A DNA stretch of 64,000 nt from NCBI GenBank assembly GCA_965219415.1, contig OZ244742.1:1920001-1984000 (forward strand). The letters run 5' to 3'. A program made the translations under genes and the position numbers. Below are positions 61,343 through 64,000 of this stretch, one piece after another. The notes under the pieces were generated by a model that searched no databases, was not told the DNA's origin, and worked only from the letters and a program-made list of their open reading frames with translations. Every line of letters starts with the position of its first letter. The stretch's first letter is position 1. This DNA is from Candidatus Marinacidobacterales bacterium (GTDB taxonomy: Bacteria; Acidobacteriota; Vicinamibacteria; Marinacidobacterales; DATDRI01).

Positions 61343-62711
61343 GGATCCGTCCCGCTTCCCGTGGAAATAAGAATGGCGTAACCTCCGGTTAAGCAAAACG
61401 AAACCGCGCCTGGAAAGGCGAGGAGGAGGATTACGCCATGAAGAAGCCTACCACCATATTGAAGGAGTCTGTAAGCGAGTACCGGGAGTTCGTCCAACTT
61501 CGGCTGCGCATGCGGGTACTGGAGGCGATCGAGGTTGTGCTCGAGGAAGAAGTCGACCAAGCGCTGGGGTGTTGTAGCTACGAGCGTGCGGAAGACCGCC
61601 GTGGATATCGCAACGGAGCCGAAACCCGTCGCGTGACGACGTCGGTGGGAACTCGCGAGCTCCGGGTGCCACGAGCCCGCGTGCGAGACGAGGAAACGGG
61701 AGAAACGACAGAGTTCAGGAGCGAGCTGTTGCCCCGGTACGCGCGCCGGACTCGTGAGATCGACGAGGCGCTCTTGGGGACGTACTTGTCGGGCGCGAAT
61801 AGCCGCCGGGTCCGCAAAGCGCTGAAACCACTGCTCGGTGAGGAGCACCTATCGAAGAGCGCGGTGTCTCGCGTGGTTAGCCGGCTGAAGGAGCGCTTCG
61901 AGGAATGGCAGAACCGTGCTCTCAGCGAGGAGGTCTACGCGATCGTTTACCTGGACGGCTTCCACCTGAAAGTGCGGATGGCGAAACGTGTGATCAGCGT
62001 ACCCGTACTGGCCGCGCTCGGGGTCGCGCCAGACGGGCACAAACGTCTGTTGTCATTGCGTCTGGCGGTGAGCGAAGCCTCGACGCATTGGGGCTCCGTA
62101 CTGGAGGGACTCCAGGCTCGAGGACTCCGGGCTCCCAAGCTAGTGATCAGCGACGGCCACAAGGGGCTGACGAAAGCGCTGGAGAAGTGGCCGGGGTGCC
62201 GGTTGCAGCGATGTACCGAGCACAAGCGCGCCAACTTGCTCCAACATTGCCCGGCGCACGCACGCCGTGAGCTCCGGCGTGACTACAACCGGATCGTCTA
62301 CGCCAAGAACGGGATCGATGCTCGCAAAGCCTATGACGAGCTCGTCGCCAAGTGGACGCCTCTCGCGCCGGCCGTCGTCCGAAGCCTAGAGGAGGCCGGT
62401 AATCAGCTGGGCTGACCTTCTACGAATTCCCTCGTGCCATGTGGAAATCGATTCGAACGACCAATGCTCTGGAGAATCTCAACCGCGAGTTTCGACGCCG
62501 GACGAAAACCCAAGCGTCATTCTCCAGCGAGGAGTCTGCGGTCGCTTTGCTGTTTGGGCTTATCGCCTCTGGCCAGATTCAACTACGACGCATCGACGGC
62601 TACCAACGTCTGAGCGAGGTTCTCGAACACGCGAAGGTTGCCGCCTGATATGATACTCTGATGACGGAGTGGAGGGCGCCGTTCTTTTTCCACGGACCTC
62701 GGGACACATCC
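61343..62711 (+). mobile_element. IS256-family element, 1369 bp
   Basis: IRs GGATCCGTCCCGCTTCCCGTGGAAATAAGAATGGCG / GGATGTGTCCCGAGGTCCGTGGAAAAAGAACGGCG; no 8-bp TSD. Confidence 0.88.
61438..62648 (+). pseudogene. IS256 transposase, frameshift near 62411
   Basis: GYRNG, YLDG, ISDGHKGL, QRC..H, RTTNALENLNREFRRR. Confidence 0.9.
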
Positions 62712-62806
62712 GGCTCCAGCCGCTGGCGTGGCTTGTCCGGCCTAGATTCTTCCCTCGTAGTTTCGCCTCTCCGCTTGGCCTCGTGGATTCGGCTAGGCCC
62801 CGAACC

Positions 62807-64000
62807 CTAAAGAATCTTCTCATCCCAGGTTTCGAGCTTCTTCTTCACTTCGGCCATGAACTGGTCCCCGACCGCACCATCGATGACGCGATGATCAAAG
62901 GTCAGCGACAAGTACAGCATCGAACGGACCGCGATGGCGTCGTTCACGACGACGGGACGTTTGTGGATCGCGCCGAGGCCCAGAATTGCAACCTCGGGCT
63001 GATTGATGATCGGCGTGCCGTAGAGGGCTCCGAAGGGGCCAGGATTCGTAATCGTGAATGTCCCACCCTGAACCTCTTCGGGCTTTAGCTTCTTCTCCCG
63101 GGCCCGCGTCGCCAGATCGTTGACCGTACGCTGCAAACCGAGAAAGCTCTTCTCGTCGGCGCGATGAAGGACGGGCACGATGAGTCCCCAATCGAGGGCG
63201 ACGGCGATGCCGATATTGAGATCCTTCTTATAAATGATGTTGCTTCCATCCAAGGAGGAGTTCACGATCGGAAACGACTTCAGACCGTGGAGCACGGCGC
63301 GGATGAAAAACGGCATGTAGGTAAGCTTCACGCCTTCTTCCTGCTCGAAGCGACCTCGTTTCTCCTGGCGCAGCTTCACGATTCGCGTCATGTCTGCTTC
63401 CCAGACGGTCGAGACATGCGCCGATGTCCGTCGCGACATGACCATATGCTCAGCGATGGACTTGCGCATCACGCTCATCGGCTCCGAGTGCACACGACCC
63501 GCATAACCAGCGGTGGGAGAAGGTACAGGGGCGGCGGCCAGAGGTGCGGCTCCGGTAGGCGCAGGAAGCGTTGGCGCGCTGGGTGCGGCGGCAGCAGGGG
63601 GCGCGCCCTTCTCCAAGAAACTCGCCATGTCCTGCTTGCTGATTCGTCCTCCGGCACCGGTTCCTGGCACCTGCGACAAATTGACGTTGTGCTCCCGCGC
63701 CATCCGTCGGACTAGGGGAGACGAGCGTTGGCGCTCACCGCCAACCCCTTGGGCGGGCGTTGGCTCTGGAGCCTCCTCTCGAACCGACGCGACGGGGGCG
63801 GTCACTTCCTTCGGCACCTCGACCGTTGGCTGCGTGGTAGCCAAAGAAGGCTCGGCGGCCGCAGGTTCTACGGCCCCCCCGCTTCCACCACCGATGACCC
63901 CCACCACGGTATTGATGGGCACGGTCTCGCCTTCTCCAACCTTGATCTCAGTCAGCACTCCTGCCGCCGGCGAAGGGATCTCGGTGTCGACTTTGTCGGT
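62807..64000 (-). CDS. 2-oxoacid dehydrogenase E2 (dihydrolipoamide acyltransferase), 5' partial
   Basis: TDKV lipoyl motif at the window edge; SPLVRR E3-binding domain; GGTFTITN; DHRVIDG. Confidence 0.95.
   Translation of the reverse strand, partial: TDKVDTEIPSPAAGVLTEIKVGEGETVPINTVVGVIGGGSGGAVEPAAAEPSLATTQPTVEVPKEVTAPVASVREEAPEPTPAQGVGGERQRSSPLVRRMAREHNVNLSQVPGTGAGGRISKQDMASFLEKGAPPAAAAPSAPTLPAPTGAAPLAAAPVPSPTAGYAGRVHSEPMSVMRKSIAEHMVMSRRTSAHVSTVWEADMTRIVKLRQEKRGRFEQEEGVKLTYMPFFIRAVLHGLKSFPIVNSSLDGSNIIYKKDLNIGIAVALDWGLIVPVLHRADEKSFLGLQRTVNDLATRAREKKLKPEEVQGGTFTITNPGPFGALYGTPIINQPEVAILGLGAIHKRPVVVNDAIAVRSMLYLSLTFDHRVIDGAVGDQFMAEVKKKLETWDEKIL

Larger units (their letters stand above)
58792..62760 (-). 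pseudogene. DUF222-like/HNH endonuclease gene interrupted by IS110 and IS256 (5' boundary approximate)
   Basis: LSDGEL...GYKSTFHYCVERLHLSE N-terminus at about 61330-60590; SRYIP...QCEY...RC...LLCPPHN C-terminus at 59157-58792. Confidence 0.8.

Overview
GC-rich Gram-negative bacterial chromosome segment. An Acidobacteriota-like origin is inferred from the GWxTD, PEGA, FadL-like and DUF222/HNH gene types. (1) 1-3.7 kb: amino-acid catabolic cassette (D-aminoacylase, homocysteine S-methyltransferase, APC permease). (2) 3.8-18.6 kb: at least three integrative elements stacked behind a minus-strand tRNA-Thr(CGT) at 18555-18629, separated by three copies of the tRNA 3' half and marked by element-specific arm-type direct repeats. 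Cargo: FadL-like porin, hicAB, a SIR2 gene broken by nested IS256/IS3, a TerS-like/TerL terminase pair split by a clean 2.45-kb inversion plus an IS256, a GDENG-repeat protein, a Shedu (DUF4263) nuclease and integrase relics. (3) 18.8-50.4 kb: mostly core genes (lpxB, rsgA, hflX with a probable ATC start, GWxTD, S41 protease, EnvC-like, rtcA, ruvX, mltG), a boxR-boxCB benzoyl-CoA cluster lacking boxA, and an S9 peptidase with a degenerate triad. (4) 50.4-53.2 kb: divergent VapBC islet between duplicated K+-channel 3' ends. (5) 53.2-64 kb: E2 - [HNH gene hit by IS110 and IS256] - lipA - MoxR AAA - TraB-like/VWA-like partner - SLC13. The IS110 keeps what looks like the target-binding half of a bridge RNA matching its own insertion site. 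Many single-indel frameshifts, including in core genes, suggest consensus errors, so pseudogene calls are provisional. All family calls come from motif recognition by eye; no searches were run.
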